A stretch of DNA of 60,518 nt, filler included. It is 4 parts of 4 records of this genome, joined end to end, with 100 filler letters (N's around TTAATTAATTAA, not from the genome) between each part and the next. Parts side by side here need not be neighbours in the genome. Positions count along the whole stretch, not along the records: positions 14,197 to 43,915 come from SRR31156797_12557; 3 more parts are not named here. One strand, written 5' to 3'. This document shows positions 30,092 through 41,104 of the stretch, in pieces. The position numbers were made by a program, and so were the translations under genes. Within the stretch, counting starts at the first letter, position 1. Each line of letters begins with the position of its first letter. The notes under the pieces were generated by a model, which saw only the letters and a program-made list of their open reading frames with translations, was not told where the DNA came from and made no database searches.

Positions 30092-31914
30092 CAGAAATCT
30101 GCTCCAATATTAAAATGGACACGCCAACTGTTATCTTCGTCCAAAGCCTTGGCCAAATCCAGTCGGATTTGGCCAAAGGAAGCACTCCAGCGAACCCCAA
30201 TACCCGCACCGCTTTGCAGAGTGAGGTCATCCCACGAATTGGTGGCGGTACCACTATCAAAAAATATCGCTGCTCCCCAGTTATTAAATATTTCTTTCTC
30301 CAGTTCTAAGCTATATGTGAACAGGTAACGACCGCCAATAACATTACCAGCGGTATCTTTGGGGCCGATCCGTTTATACCCATAACCACGTACACTTTGA
30401 TCTCCACCCGCATAAAACCGCAATGAGGGTGGTAGTTCTAGGAATTCATCTGCGGCTGTAGCGCCAATATTTGCTTTACCAATAAAGCGCCAGGAGGGTA
30501 AAAAAGCATAAATGGCCTTGGTCCCGGCCGACCCCTGGATAAAGGTAGTATCAGAAAACAGGTTACTGTTTCCACCGGTCAAAGTGCCGGTCACACTGAG
30601 ACCGTGGTTGGCTTTGATACGGTTATCTGTCCATCGCCAGGTTACTCTGGCTCCAGGTGCGAGTATGGTTGCATGACCGTTATCCAGGCCGGCAACATAA
30701 TCCTCATCCAGAAGCATGATGTAGAGGCTGTATTCACCATTTTTTTTAAGCTCATCATAGCTGACAGATGATGTCCAGCTTTTGGATTCTGTGTTGTCAA
30801 AGTTTTCATTTTCCCATTTCCCAATGAGCGACAGCTTTTCTTTTTTTGGGTCACTAATGGGAATAGTGTATACCCCGCCATAACGGCTTTTGCGTTCTGA
30901 AGGCTGCAGCTGCATGTCAAACTGGTGACCGAAGCGGTTCACCCGGCGATTGTACCACTCTAAACTGCCGCGAAATCCGGTATCGGTGCCAACTCCGATT
31001 CCTGCCCCATAACGGTTAACTACTCCGGGAGTAAGCTTTATCGTAACAGGTACTTTGCCAGATGCAGCTGTTTTGAGATTGTAGATAATTTCGGCGGTAG
31101 CGAAGTACCCTGTACCCAGAAAAAGTTGACGCATTCGGGTAATAGCCATTGGCGATAAAGGATCCCCCTCTTTTTGATCGGTTATTCTTCTGAGTAGGCT
31201 ATGGTTGATGAAATCACATTGATAAGTGATTGGACCAAAATAATAGCGTTCTCCCAGCACCAGGGTAAGCCCTATGTTGGCAGAGTTTTTTCTGATGCTT
31301 ACCTCTATAACATTTCGTGATAGCCTTGCCTTTTGATAGCCCTTGTTGAGTGCGGTTGTAATTAACTGCTGTTTGCCGTGAGTATACTTACGGTGATCAA
31401 GGGTATCGCCGTGCTGCAAGGGAAAAGATCTGTTTAAGCCCATTGCCCATGGCGAGTCGCACCCTTTATCCAAGCACTCAACACGGACCTGCGCAACGCG
31501 TGTCGGCGGCCCTCTATCAATTGAAATTTCTAAAACATCCTGTTCTTTGTTCCGTTTTTCGCTTATCGAAATTGTAGATGAATAATACCCGAACGGTTGT
31601 AATGCCTCTTTAACCTCCTCTCGCGCTTTATTTTTATATTTTGCGAGCAGCCGAGGTGTCATATTTTTGCTGTTTTGATATTTGTTTAATGATAACCGGG
31701 CAAGAACATTATCCTTGAGTTCCTCCTCAATACCGCTGATCACCAGCTGATAAGAAGTGGTAGATTGACAATATACATCTGGAGCAAGGCTGGGTATCGT
31801 GGTGGCCAGCAAGCACACAAACAAGCATAAAAAAAAATTGGAGGCTAACGCTTTACCTCTATCACAACTTTCCACGCATTCCAGCTCCTTATCAAAAATG
31901 TTCACATAGCCCAC
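30091..31914 (-). CDS. tamA: Autotransporter assembly factor TamA (Omp85 family)
   Basis: POTRA region (ALQPFGYY), RFYAGGDQSVRGY, terminal Phe; 1-nt overlap with tamB; start uncertain. Confidence 0.9.
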   Translation of the reverse strand: MGYVNIFDKELECVESCDRGKALASNFFLCLFVCLLATTIPSLAPDVYCQSTTSYQLVISGIEEELKDNVLARLSLNKYQNSKNMTPRLLAKYKNKAREEVKEALQPFGYYSSTISISEKRNKEQDVLEISIDRGPPTRVAQVRVECLDKGCDSPWAMGLNRSFPLQHGDTLDHRKYTHGKQQLITTALNKGYQKARLSRNVIEVSIRKNSANIGLTLVLGERYYFGPITYQCDFINHSLLRRITDQKEGDPLSPMAITRMRQLFLGTGYFATAEIIYNLKTAASGKVPVTIKLTPGVVNRYGAGIGVGTDTGFRGSLEWYNRRVNRFGHQFDMQLQPSERKSRYGGVYTIPISDPKKEKLSLIGKWENENFDNTESKSWTSSVSYDELKKNGEYSLYIMLLDEDYVAGLDNGHATILAPGARVTWRWTDNRIKANHGLSVTGTLTGGNSNLFSDTTFIQGSAGTKAIYAFLPSWRFIGKANIGATAADEFLELPPSLRFYAGGDQSVRGYGYKRIGPKDTAGNVIGGRYLFTYSLELEKEIFNNWGAAIFFDSGTATNSWDDLTLQSGAGIGVRWSASFGQIRLDLAKALDEDNSWRVHFNIGADF

Positions 31915-32242
31915 TCTGTCAACTTTGCAAAAGAGGGTGAAGAATGGGGATTTTTTTTGTTTGTTTCAATGGATTAAATAATACCTGAATCTTGCACTTC
32001 GCCTATGAAAAAAAAATACAAATAATAACAATTTATTGAACGTGCAGCTGTTATTCATTTCAAATTACTGTTTAGATCGGCTTATTTTTTCTCCTATTTG
32101 ACGCCCTTCAGGGTTGGCAACTGCTTGATTAAGGTACTGCGGGATAGAAGAGAGATATTGTTGTTAGTGAATGGGACCTATTGAATCTATCAAATAGTGG
32201 GAAATGTATCTAAGTGCAAACTTAATAACTGCTAATAGCGTA

Positions 32243-33076
32243 TCAATGTTGAAAATCTTTACGAATACGCAAATATGAAGGGAATTTTGGTATACCTGAA
32301 TCATAACGGCCATAGAATTTAAAAGTGACCAGGGTTCCGACAGGCGGCGGAGATTCACGGTCAGCACCACTGAAACCACTGCCTATCTTAAACTTTGTAC
32401 CGTCGCTAAGTTCCACCAACAGAGCACCGAGCCGTCCTGTATTTTTACCTTTGCCCGGTAAATGTGCAACAACTGTTGCCTCGGCATCCTGGTAGTTTTT
32501 TACTTTCAAGATTTCGGTACTCCGGCCAGTTTTGTACAAACCATCCGGCTTACGGACAATCAGCCCTTCTCCTCCGAGTTTTTCTATACGCTGCAACTCC
32601 CGTTGCATGTCAACAGGATCAGTAATCGGAATTTGTGAAATTACAAAAGCATAATGAGAAGGGTGTTGGGTAAACCACTGGCGTGCTTTTGCAATCCGAT
32701 CAAGGAAATGTGCAGAAGGAATTGGCACGTCAAAAATTGCAAATTTTAATTGTAACCAGCCTGAATGGGGGTGTTGTTTGTTTACAGTTGCAACTGTCTT
32801 TTCAAAAGTACCTCTTCCGCCCCACAGCTCACCTTCTATTGGAAATGGTGGAAGATCCTGCACAAACTCAAGAGGTGGGTAGAATTTGTTTCCATTTTTC
32901 GATAAGAGTTGGTGCCCATCCCAGTATCCTCTAACCCCATCATATTTTTCACTCATCAGCCAACCAGAGACATCAATCGCTGGTGAGTAAACTTGAGGCA
33001 GCATAATATCTGCAGCCTGGGTAGTTAGCACACCGGAAAAAAAACAGCACAGCAGCCAGTAAGTACATCTCTTCAT
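32243..33076 (-). CDS. Minimal ATP-dependent DNA ligase with signal peptide (Lig E type)
   Basis: SEKYDGVR, EGELW, EGLIVR, LKVK, IGSGF, PKFP; hydrophobic N-terminal leader. Confidence 0.92.
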   Translation of the reverse strand: MKRCTYWLLCCFFSGVLTTQAADIMLPQVYSPAIDVSGWLMSEKYDGVRGYWDGHQLLSKNGNKFYPPLEFVQDLPPFPIEGELWGGRGTFEKTVATVNKQHPHSGWLQLKFAIFDVPIPSAHFLDRIAKARQWFTQHPSHYAFVISQIPITDPVDMQRELQRIEKLGGEGLIVRKPDGLYKTGRSTEILKVKNYQDAEATVVAHLPGKGKNTGRLGALLVELSDGTKFKIGSGFSGADRESPPPVGTLVTFKFYGRYDSGIPKFPSYLRIRKDFQH

Positions 33077-33374
33077 AGGTTCCTCCCTAGATTGAAAACA
33101 GGTGATGGCTTCTACAGTATACTAACCAAAAGAATGGAGTGAAGCGAATTGTGGTATTTTAAAATGATCTGGTTGAAGGACTGCTAATGTCGGCTAGCTA
33201 CTTCTGGAGCTACGATCGTCAATTGAACTTACTCTTTCTCAGAATTCCATTGTCGTCAAAAGTGTCATCACGTTGTATCTTGTGTAGTTTATTGAAGGGG
33301 ACACCCTGAATGACCAGAGAAAGTATACGTATCCCTTTATCGAATATATCGTTAACCAGCACTCATATATTTCC

Positions 33375-36300
33375 ATGCCACTCCCCACGTTAACCCCGAT
33401 TCAGAAGAAATTTCCGAAGATCTACGCCACACTTTCCGTTACCGATAGGAATGTGCTGGAATGTTTGTCTGTTATTTTTCAGGCGGTTTCAAGAACTAAT
33501 CTGGTGAATTGTCTCAATCAGATTGGTTGGAGAAATGAGCAGGGGGATAAATTCGTTATCAAAGGATTAAACGGAGTTCTTGAGTCTCTTAAACAGCGCA
33601 AATTGGTGCAGCTCAGTTCCAGGGGGACGATATGCAATCCTGAGCTAGTCGAGCTCGTTGCCAGAGAGGCCGTTGCCGGGGGAAATTTTAAAAAAATTGC
33701 GAAGTGCGTGCAAAAAGTTATTCCCATTGAGAATACCTGGAGTAGGGCTGTCTGGTATAAAAGTTATGAACAAGGAGTGCGTGAGTTAAGGATAGCCATT
33801 TATCAGCAGCAGAGTGAGAGAGAGAGTTCCAGTATCCTTACCCTGCTGAAGGAACAATACCCCCGAGAGTACCATGCTGAACATCCGTTTGAGCTGATAT
33901 TTTTCAATCCTTTTAATAGAAAAGGCTTGTTTTCCCTGTCCAAGAGACAGGTTTACGGTTTCATTAATCCGCTGCTCAGCCGTGGCTGTCTGTTGTTGGA
34001 GCCGGTTGATGTCTTGTTTGGCTTTTTGCAGGAATATGCTCAAGAATATACACTTGACGACGATGAGTATAACTCTATTGTCGCCTTGTATCTTATCAGC
34101 AGAGGTGAGGTAAAGCGTGTTGAAAGTCACCTGCAATCCTGGAACATTTCAGCTCACATGCTGTCGTATCGTGGTTGGTTTGCACTGTTACAGGGAAAGT
34201 GTGATGAATCCCTGCATTGGTATGAGCAGGGATTGCAGTTGTTGAAAAAGGAAACTGGTAAGAGAAAAGTCGCTTACAGTAATCTGGCTGGTTTTTTCTA
34301 TCCCGTGGCCCTGCTGCAATCCGGGGAGAATGAAAATTTCAAAAAGGGGATGAGCTATCTTGATCAACTGAAAAAAAAGAGAAGTTTTACTAGTTCTTCC
34401 ATGTGTACTGACCTTGAGCAAACCATCATGTTTGCCCAGGGGCAGAGAAATAAAGCCGAGCAGAAATATCACTCGCTTGAGATGGGAGGGTACTCTGACT
34501 ATGCGTCCCTGCTCATGGCGTACCTGACGCTTTGCTGGCAAGGGGGCGAGGTAAAACAGAATCCTGTGAAAGGACTTGAATTGCTGCAGCAACAGGCGGA
34601 AAAGTCCGGATACTATTGGTATGCCAAAGAGGCTACTGCCATCATGTTGGCTCATGACCTTGGAAAAACAGCTAATAAGAAAAAATACACCCAACTTGAA
34701 AAACAATGTCCATTGCCCGATTTATGCGATGCGATTCGTCCCAGAGAGCAATGGGAGCAGGTGTTGGAAGCGCTTGCTACTCTTAATAGTGGCCAAAAAA
34801 GTTCAGGTGCTGCCGCGACTGAACGATTGGTCTGGTGGATAGATTTTGAAGAAGAATATGGGGAGTGTGAGATTGTACCACGGCTCCAGAAGTTGAGTAA
34901 AAACGGAAAGTGGACCAAGGGCCGTGCTGTGGCCTTGTCCCGCTTATCTTCTGATGTAAATACCCTTACCTTTCTAACCAGTCAGGATAGAAATGTTATT
35001 GGTACCATTGAAAAGACACGTGTATCCTCCTGGGGAGGGTACGGAGGCAATCCTTCCTATGCCTTGCGGGAAAGCTCTGCTCTGGCAGCACTTGTGGGGC
35101 ATCCCCTTCTGTTCTGGGCGGATAACCCGAGCGTGCTTGTCGAGTTAACCATGGGAACGCCGGAACTCCATGTGGTGAAGGAGAAAAAAGGCTACGAGAT
35201 CAAGTTACTTCCCTTTATCGACCATGGTCAATCGTACAGCCTGACCAAAGAGACCCCAACCCGTTTGAAATATATTTCTCTGACCCGGGATTATAAGCGG
35301 CTTTTTGATATTATCGGCGAATCAGTGAGTGTCCCTTTTCAGGCAAAAGAGAAAGTGGTCGCAGCACTTTCAGAGGTTGCCAAGGTGTTGACAATTCAGT
35401 CAGATATCGGCGGGAGCGCAGTGGATGCTCAAATGGTGGCAGCTGATGCCCGTCCTCATGTACATATGATCCCCTATAACAACGGTCTGCAGGTGGAAGC
35501 ACTGTCTCGCCCATTTTCTCCTGGTGGAGGCTACTACCGCCCTGGCATCGGTGGTGAGACGGTTGTTGCTGATATCGATGGCGAGCAGCTGCAGACTAAG
35601 CGCGACCTGGAGCTTGAAAAGCAAAATGCCGCCATTATTCCACAGAACTGTCCAGCCCTCAGCCATATGTCACCCCTTGACTCTGAATGGATTGTGGAGG
35701 ATCCGGAAACCTGCCTGGAATTACTGTGCGAGTTACGCGAGCTGGGAGATCAGGTCGTTCTCGAATGGCCGAAAGGGGAGAGCCTAAAGGTCACCGCGAA
35801 TATCTCTTTTGATAATCTTTCATTGAAGATACAACGGGATAACGATTGGTTCGGCGCGACCGGATCTCTTAAGGTGGACAACGACTTGATTTTGGACATG
35901 AAAAAGCTGATGGCACTCAGCGTAGATTCAGAAAGTCGTTTTGTCCCCTTGGATGATGGTCGCTTTTTAGCCCTGAGCAAGTCTTTGAAACAACGAATTG
36001 AGGAGTTGCGTGCTTTCTCGGAAGATCATGGTAAAGGGGTTCGTTTCAGCCCTCTTGCAGGACTGGCTTTGCAGGAATTTACCGAGGAAGTAAAAAACTG
36101 CAAGAGTGATAGTCATTGGAAGAAAAATCTTAAGCGCTTTCAAACGGTCAGTGAGCCTGAGGTGCCTTCGACCCTGCGGGCAACGCTTCGTGATTATCAG
36201 GTGCAGGGTTTTCGATGGTTGGGTTGCCTGTCGGCTTTGGGAGCCGGAGCCTGCCTGGCCGATGACATGGGCTTGGGCAAAACAGTGCAGGCGTTGGCTG

Positions 36301-37562
36301 CCATTTTGTTGCGGGCACCGAAAGGTCCCGCCTTGGTGGTTGCCCCCACATCGGTAATGATGAATTGGCAGCAGGAGGCAATCCGTTTTGCGCCGACCCT
36401 GAATGTGCATTTTTTTGGTAACGGAAACAGACAGGAGCTGCTCGATTGTTTGGCAGAATTTGATCTGGTTATTTGCAGTTATGGCCTTCTCCAGAGTGAA
36501 GGAAAGATGCTTGCTGGTGTCAGGTGGCAGACCGTTGTCCTGGATGAGGCCCAGGCGATTAAAAACATGCATACCAAACGCTCCAAGTCGGCTATGCAGC
36601 TCCAGGCAGGATTCAAAATCATTACCACCGGCACTCCCATTGAAAATCATCTGGGTGAGTTGTGGAACCTGTTTCGGTTTCTTAATCCAGGGCTGTTAGG
36701 GTCTTATGAGAGCTTTAAGAGAAAGTTTGCCATTCCTATTGAAAAGAAGCAGGACCGGGCAGCGGCAAGTCATCTTAAAAAGTTAATCCAACCCTTTATC
36801 CTGCGCAGGTTGAAACACTCTGTACTTCAGGAGTTGCCCGAACGTACTGAAGTAACCATGCAGGTGGAGATGAGTACGGAAGAAGCGGCAATGTATGAGG
36901 CGCAAAGGCTGCAGGCGCTGGAGTCGCTGGAAGCAGCGGATGACGAGCAGGGTGGTGGAGCTAAACATCTTCAGGTGCTTGCTGAAATTACCAGACTACG
37001 GCGTTTCTGCTGTAATCCAGAGCTGGTTGTGCCTGATATGGGTATCCCTAGTTCCAAGCTCAAGGTGTTTACCACTATTGTGACGGAGTTGTTGGAAAAT
37101 AAGCATAAAGCCTTGGTCTTCAGCCAATTTGTCGGTCATCTTACGCTTATCAGGGAACATCTAGACCGGCTGGGAATTTCCTATCAATACCTGGATGGCT
37201 CCACCAGCACAGGGCAACGAACGAAACGGGTGAAGGCCTTCCAGGCAGGGGAGGGTGATGTTTTTCTGATTAGCCTCAAAGCTGGCGGTGTGGGGCTGAA
37301 TCTGACGGCAGCGGATTATGTCATTCATATGGACCCCTGGTGGAATCCAGCTGTTGAGGATCAGGCTTCCGACCGGGCTCACCGTATCGGGCAGCAGCGT
37401 CCGGTGACTATTTACCGGTTGGTGGTGAAAGATTCCATTGAAGAAAAAATAGTTGCCTTGCATAAAGTAAAACGTGACCTTGCAGATAACCTTCTGTCCG
37501 GCAGTGACATGAGCGGGCGTATCTCTACCGCGGAACTGCTGAATCTGCTCAAGAGTAAGTGA
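33375..37562 (+). CDS. SNF2-family helicase with large N-terminal region
   Basis: LRDYQ, ADDMGLGKT, DEAQ, TGTPIEN, FILRR, GGVGLNL, QASDRAHRIGQ. Confidence 0.94.
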   Translation: MPLPTLTPIQKKFPKIYATLSVTDRNVLECLSVIFQAVSRTNLVNCLNQIGWRNEQGDKFVIKGLNGVLESLKQRKLVQLSSRGTICNPELVELVAREAVAGGNFKKIAKCVQKVIPIENTWSRAVWYKSYEQGVRELRIAIYQQQSERESSSILTLLKEQYPREYHAEHPFELIFFNPFNRKGLFSLSKRQVYGFINPLLSRGCLLLEPVDVLFGFLQEYAQEYTLDDDEYNSIVALYLISRGEVKRVESHLQSWNISAHMLSYRGWFALLQGKCDESLHWYEQGLQLLKKETGKRKVAYSNLAGFFYPVALLQSGENENFKKGMSYLDQLKKKRSFTSSSMCTDLEQTIMFAQGQRNKAEQKYHSLEMGGYSDYASLLMAYLTLCWQGGEVKQNPVKGLELLQQQAEKSGYYWYAKEATAIMLAHDLGKTANKKKYTQLEKQCPLPDLCDAIRPREQWEQVLEALATLNSGQKSSGAAATERLVWWIDFEEEYGECEIVPRLQKLSKNGKWTKGRAVALSRLSSDVNTLTFLTSQDRNVIGTIEKTRVSSWGGYGGNPSYALRESSALAALVGHPLLFWADNPSVLVELTMGTPELHVVKEKKGYEIKLLPFIDHGQSYSLTKETPTRLKYISLTRDYKRLFDIIGESVSVPFQAKEKVVAALSEVAKVLTIQSDIGGSAVDAQMVAADARPHVHMIPYNNGLQVEALSRPFSPGGGYYRPGIGGETVVADIDGEQLQTKRDLELEKQNAAIIPQNCPALSHMSPLDSEWIVEDPETCLELLCELRELGDQVVLEWPKGESLKVTANISFDNLSLKIQRDNDWFGATGSLKVDNDLILDMKKLMALSVDSESRFVPLDDGRFLALSKSLKQRIEELRAFSEDHGKGVRFSPLAGLALQEFTEEVKNCKSDSHWKKNLKRFQTVSEPEVPSTLRATLRDYQVQGFRWLGCLSALGAGACLADDMGLGKTVQALAAILLRAPKGPALVVAPTSVMMNWQQEAIRFAPTLNVHFFGNGNRQELLDCLAEFDLVICSYGLLQSEGKMLAGVRWQTVVLDEAQAIKNMHTKRSKSAMQLQAGFKIITTGTPIENHLGELWNLFRFLNPGLLGSYESFKRKFAIPIEKKQDRAAASHLKKLIQPFILRRLKHSVLQELPERTEVTMQVEMSTEEAAMYEAQRLQALESLEAADDEQGGGAKHLQVLAEITRLRRFCCNPELVVPDMGIPSSKLKVFTTIVTELLENKHKALVFSQFVGHLTLIREHLDRLGISYQYLDGSTSTGQRTKRVKAFQAGEGDVFLISLKAGGVGLNLTAADYVIHMDPWWNPAVEDQASDRAHRIGQQRPVTIYRLVVKDSIEEKIVALHKVKRDLADNLLSGSDMSGRISTAELLNLLKSK

Positions 37563-37976
37563 CGCGGGAGGGTGGTGGGGTGGGGGCAAGTTTTATAGGA
37601 GGCATTTTTACTTTATCAAATAGTTCTGACCCCTTTTTTTCAAGAGGTCCGGGGCTTGGTGAAAGGTCGACTACGCCAACAATATTCTGAAACTGCGGTG
37701 CGGCAAATATGATTCTAAATTTGACACATTTTTTGATGAATACGAGAAAAACGAACAAGGTAAACGAGTTTCACGGGAAAAGAGGCTCCGCGTAGTCAAG
37801 TGATTCCATAAACGTCGGATGCTCCTAGTTGAGTGTGATTCCCATTGTTTTCTGTCATGTTATAGAAAAGGTATTGAATTACTGTGATGCATTGAGGATA
37901 ACGTGAAATAAATGATGATTTACAACATGAATTCCTTTTGATATCCGGAGCATTACCCCTCGCTGGCAAACAACTC

Positions 37977-38699
37977 ATGAATATAAAAAAAATAGATGCA
38001 GCAAAAGACCCACTGGGTGCCATGCTGCTTGAATATATGCGTGGCAATCTAGAAGTATCCATTACAGTAGAAGCAGAAAATTTCGAGATGACAACCATGA
38101 CTGGCGCAACCATGTTCAGAGAGTATTCCGAAATGGAACAACTCGAACAGCATGCTCTTGCATTATGTAAAGGTAAAATCCTTGATGTTGGTGCTGGTAG
38201 CGGTTGTCACAGTCTGTTTTTGCAACAACAGGGGAAAGACGTTCATGCTCTTGATATTTCCCCAGGTTGCGTGCAGGTCTTAAGTGAGCGCAAAATACAG
38301 CATGTTATGCATCAGAATCTTTTTTCACTCAAAACATGTCAATACAACACAGTTCTTATGTTAATGAACGGTATAGGTATCTGCGGTACTATCAACGGTC
38401 TTCACCTTTTTTTCCAATTCATCCCGACATTACTGGCAGAAGGTGGTCAGGTTCTTGTCGATTCAACCGACCCGTTTGTGCTTGATGGTATTCCGGGGGA
38501 AGATTACCACCCTTCTGAAATTTACCCTGGTGAGACTGATTTTATAATGAAATACAAAAAAATTTCTTCCGAACACTTCAGTTGGCTGTATGTCGATTTC
38601 GATACCCTCCAATCACTCGCTGAATTTCACGGTTTTCAATGTGAACGGATCATCGCTGGCTCCGATGGTGAATATCTTGCTAAAATTCACTCCCAATAA
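37977..38699 (+). CDS. Class I SAM-dependent methyltransferase
   Basis: ILDVGAGSG, ALDIS, LMNGIG. Confidence 0.88.
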   Translation: MNIKKIDAAKDPLGAMLLEYMRGNLEVSITVEAENFEMTTMTGATMFREYSEMEQLEQHALALCKGKILDVGAGSGCHSLFLQQQGKDVHALDISPGCVQVLSERKIQHVMHQNLFSLKTCQYNTVLMLMNGIGICGTINGLHLFFQFIPTLLAEGGQVLVDSTDPFVLDGIPGEDYHPSEIYPGETDFIMKYKKISSEHFSWLYVDFDTLQSLAEFHGFQCERIIAGSDGEYLAKIHSQ

Positions 38700-38872
38700 C
38701 ATTGAATTACGACACGTAAAATCGGCCATATTACAGGTCGACTTTCTTTACATGCCGGTTCAATAACTCAAAACTGTAACTCCTTCTTCAAATAAGGCAG
38801 GACAGGTTGTGTCGGATCCTCCAACCTTTACACCGGTGGCCAAATCATTTTCAGTTAGGCCACCGACATTTT

Positions 38873-39038
38873 TCACGATGACTCATAAGCCAGATCGATA
38901 TGATCCTTGTAGCGATCCAGGACCTTCCGGCGTTTGAGTTTCATGGTATGGTGTCAACATGCCATTATCTACACTGAACGGTTCATCGACCATAGTAAAT
39001 TTTCTTGGAATTTCATATCCTCCGAATTTCCCTTTAAG
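38873..39038 (-). pseudogene. 3' remnant of a long-chain fatty acid--CoA ligase
   Basis: LKGKFGGYEIPRKFTMVDEPFSVDNGMLTP, then a 1-nt frameshift to TMKLKRRKVLDRYKDHIDLAYESS*; no 5' part. Confidence 0.75.
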
Positions 39039-39047
39039 TTGGAGAAG

Positions 39048-39225
39048 AGGGGGCGAGTCTTTGGTTGACTCATTATGTCTGTCAAGTGTCCTAAAATGTC
39101 GAATTTGGCAGAATTAACATATTTCCCACTAAGTCATGACTAATAGGAGGTATCTGGACTATTGCCAAATCGACCTTCAGAGACATTCTTACACATGAGA
39201 TGAGTCAAGCAAAGATGTGACCCCT
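39048..39225. repeat. 178-bp concentric degenerate palindrome (MITE/REPIN-like)
   Basis: Outer 26-bp arms 21/26 identical, inner ATTTGGCA/TGCCAAAT arms and central AGTCATGACT all share the centre 39136.5. Confidence 0.7.
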
Positions 39226-39257
39226 TTACTTGTGGAGACATTTAAGTGAGATTATCC

Positions 39258-39906
39258 CTAAAGACTAGTAGCGCGTATCACTTCACGTCCCAAGACTTTG
39301 AATTCGAGAGTGGCGCTTACCGTGTCGAGCTGTCTGCCCTGTGCTGAGTTCATGGCCCTAGCACATTTGAGCCTGTCTATATTGCAGAGAGAGTGCAATT
39401 TCGTCATCTGTTTCATTAAAAAAAGCCTTCAATTGGTCAACTCTTATTGCCCCTTCACCCTCTGTCGTTAACTCAAACAACTTAAATAATATGAGGGCAT
39501 CAAGAGGGTCAAATTGTCTTGCTGTATCGATAATCGATTGTCTTATTAAGTTCCGTTTCTTAGGATCCATACCGTTCGCAAGCAATCGTGCCCAGAGTTC
39601 CCTCAGTTCACTCCTTGTTTCATCTTGTCCAGCTGTCAAGATAGGTATAGCGACACTTGGACTCATGGGTTCTGAAGTCTCATAGATGCCTCTCTCTTTA
39701 AGTATTTCTTCCGTACGCTCAGCTAGCTTGATAGCATTTCGAATACGAACATGATGAAGCCAGTTGCCACCAAGAACCCCCACAATATCAGATGGAACTG
39801 TACCGAAAACTTTCGACAAAAAGGTTCCCAACTTGTCACTACTGGCAAGAGCTTTCGCGCCGAACTTAGCAAGTTCTTGTGTAGCTTTCGCTTCTTCATC
39901 TAACAT
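39258..39906 (-). pseudogene. Abi-alpha (DUF4393)-like gene with a frameshift near the 3' end
   Basis: PSVAIPIL, ELRELWARLLAN, DPLDALIL; a family-like C-terminus (CNIDRLKC...LGREVIRA*) continues in another frame after the (CT)4 run at 39386-39393. Confidence 0.7.
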
Positions 39907-41104
39907 CTCTATACCGTTCTCTATTTATTTTCTAAAATACAGCATCCGAAGTCAATATCTTTCCACTGTACCTTGACTTTTGTCAGCTTACAGAACTCTA
40001 TATATTGCTTGAGAAGTGACACAGAGCTATTGGTACCCCACGACTGTCTCAGATAGGTAGCACCAAAATAACCCACAAAAAAGCTGAACCACAACGTGGA
40101 TGCTTTTTTATGATATAAAAACGAGCAGTTAAAAATGTACCACCACCTGCCTCTAATTTCAAATTTATATTCATTGAATAGCTGAAGCCTGTTCTTTACC
40201 TATAGCGCCCAAATTACAGCCATTTTTGTGTTTACAGGGAGAGATTGTGATGTGGATGCTACTAGGTGTCCTTTGTGGTGATCGTTAATAGTAGACATAA
40301 TATCATTGTACTATCATCAGTCACCAGCCACATCAGTACCCAGCCCTCTCTCTATTCTCTGTTCTATTGTTCCCTACCTGAAATGTTTCGAATAGGGGGG
40401 ACAAGTAGACGATGTCTTTTACCGGATTGAATCTGATGGCAGAACATATCTTTTATAGAAGAAGGCCTGGATTTGGTGCGGTAGAGTTGGCGTTGCGAGG
40501 AGAAGAGGTGGTACTGAGGGAAGGGTGGTAACTGCTAGAGTGTGTGATAGGATAATAGTACTATTATTATCAGTAAACTATCCCCATGAAATGAGCACCA
40601 CGTTTTCAGAAAAAGCTTTTAGACAGCCGTTAAATAAATTTAACACGGACCGGCAGGCGGCCAGTGGCCAGTGCCTGGTTCAACGGATAAGGGGTAAGGT
40701 TAATCTGAGTACGTCGTTCTCAAACTTAACAGCAACAGTCGAAGCCTTTGTTTGAGTCAGCTACATTGACAATAATATTACTTGTAAACATAATGAAAGT
40801 TATCGAACTCACTTTCTTTCTTGTCGCTTTTTTCATCTTTTGAATGTAATTTTGTTTATCCTTGAATCTATATAAATTGGTTAGCAAGTTGAGCATGGAT
40901 TTGCATCATACAATGCTATCCTGTTAATTTGATATCCAGCTACATTGTCATGATATAAAGCAGAATGTAGGGGTAACTTGATAATTTTACGTTTCCAACT
41001 GAAGCAAAACACAACAAGCTCTGTTTTTCTAAGCTATAAAGAAGCCAGAGAACACCTTGTTCTTTGTGACAGAGTCGCTGAGAATCGCAATTCTAAAAGG
41101 ATTA

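Noticed and set aside
39920-41050. Short or start-less open frames between Abi-alpha and the TIR gene, including 40525-40755
   Set aside because: No recognisable motifs or ribosome-binding sites; may be decayed DNA
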